A DNA stretch of 64,000 nt from Candidatus Poriferisodalis sp. (GTDB taxonomy: Bacteria; Actinomycetota; Acidimicrobiia; Acidimicrobiales; Poriferisodalaceae), in assembly GCF_965204125.1 (NCBI RefSeq), contig NZ_OZ241968.1, forward strand, positions 1,048,840 through 1,112,839. The letters run 5' to 3'. The notes beneath the pieces were generated by a model. The model searched no databases. It was given only the letters and a program-made list of their open reading frames with translations, and was not told the origin of the DNA. The position numbers and the translations under genes are program-made. Numbering within the stretch: position 1 is the stretch's first letter; each line of letters opens with the position of its first letter. Shown one piece after another: positions 63,350 through 64,000 of this stretch.

Positions 63350-63474
63350 CTCCTAGCAAGCAGAAAATAGTCTGTGCAACTACCAAAAGCCGGACGCGAA
63401 GAGCCCCGGGGTTTCGGCCCGTGGTCGCCCGCTTTCGGTCCCCGGTGTTGGCTAGTGCGGCGTCTCTGCGCTGG

Positions 63475-63890
63475 TCAGCCGCGCAGCCACTCGGTGATGG
63501 CAACGACTGCCGCAAGGGCACAGAGCATCTCGATCGGCACCCAGAACGCCAGCCGGCTGATCTGCTTGCTGAGGGAGGCAATGTCCTCGCGGCGTTCCTT
63601 GCGGTCGGCCTCGCATTGGGCGGCGTGTGCTCGGCGGTCGGCCTCGCATTGGGCGGCGTGTGCTCGGCGGTCGGCCTCGCATTGGGCGGCCAGTTCTTGG
63701 AGGTCGGCCTGGCGCTGGTTGGACATCATGAGCGAGAACTTCGAGAACTCTGCTGACAGGTGCCCTTGGCGACCAGGTCCGACAGCGGTGCCGGAGCGAG
63801 GCACGACATCACGAACTCCGCTGTCTGTTCGTCGGTCTGCTCACGCAGCAGATTGTAGAAGTTGGTGCGTTGCTGTTCCGGAGTCCCGGA
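63475..63890 (-). pseudogene. Frameshifted, start-less homolog of the small coiled-coil tail-anchored protein at 41089..41379
   Basis: Track ORF 63475..63804 contains GHLSAEFSKFSLMM...CEADRKERREDIASLSKQISRLAFWVPIEMLCALAAVVAITEWL. Bases 63805-63880 in another frame read PEQQRTNFYNLLREQTDEQTAEFVMSCLAPAPLSDLVAKG, which aligns with SEQDRSRLYAWWCEQADESLAEYVMSCLSPVPLPDLATKS. The frames differ by one missing C in aagggc(c)acctg. Confidence 0.6.
63601..63690 (-). repeat. Perfect 33-bp tandem repeat, about 2.7 copies (gcggtcggcctcgcattgggcggcgtgtgctcg)
   Basis: Units at 63601-63633 and 63634-63666, with a partial unit at 63667-63690. It encodes AAQCEADRRAH repeats. Confidence 0.9.
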
Positions 63891-63910
63891 AGTTGACGAC
63901 CGCAGACGCG

Positions 63911-63942
63911 AAGAGCCCCGGGGCCGAAACCCCGGGGCTCCT
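63911..63942 (-). terminator. Conserved hairpin terminator (copy T6) with 3' UTR of a further surface-gene paralog lying beyond the right edge
   Basis: aagagccccgggg-ccgaaa-ccccggggctcctt followed (63943-64000) by cgttgttggtctttgccgatcaggcgggcaatcccccgatcagttcaggtcaactgt. This matches the S2 3' UTR at 37733-37800. Confidence 0.7.
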
Positions 63943-64000
63943 TCGTTGTTGGTCTTTGCCGATCAGGCGGGCAATCCCCCGATCAGTTCAGGTCAACTGT

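Noticed and set aside
16336-63942. Treating the gagccccgggg hairpin module as specific to surface genes
   Set aside because: A degenerate copy (63391-63450) follows the small coiled-coil gene, so the hairpin may be a more general REP-like terminator. Only the additional ~70-nt 3' UTR is family-specific.

Overview
This is a 64-kb, very high-GC window with an Actinomycetota-like gene repertoire (a DUF222/HNH gene and many type II toxin-antitoxin pairs). I found no rRNA, tRNA or CRISPR array by eye.

Three themes dominate:

1. **Cell-surface proteins.** At least 13 secreted proteins carry triple CWB2 ('DRYxT') cell-wall-binding repeats. Their passenger domains include RCC1 propellers, FN3 domains, a LivK-like solute-binding domain and an HExxH domain.

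2. **A cassette-like family of large CWB2 surface genes (S1-S5, about 970-1010 aa, S-layer-like).** A sixth copy lies just beyond the right edge. The genes share a 5' leader, a non-ATG start, a signal peptide, a C-terminal tail and a 3' UTR with a terminator hairpin. Their middle regions differ.

3. **Defence and toxin-antitoxin modules.** These are HipBA, a ThsA-like SIR2-SLOG gene with a DprA-like and a PRTase gene plus an AlkB-like gene, two nucleotidyltransferase-fold pairs, an AAA/DUF4143 ATPase, three VapBC pairs, a NYN protein, RES-Xre, and an MNT/HEPN relic. Most of them sit between orphan, decayed copies of the surface-gene leader and 5' end.

The orphan copies form two mirror-image arrays. 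Each array ends at an intact surface gene. A P4-like tyrosine recombinase sits between two divergent surface genes whose leader homology starts at the same nucleotide.

Several genes show single-base frame breaks at short G/C runs. These could be assembly indels or real decay. All domain calls come from motifs read by eye and need profile or structure confirmation.
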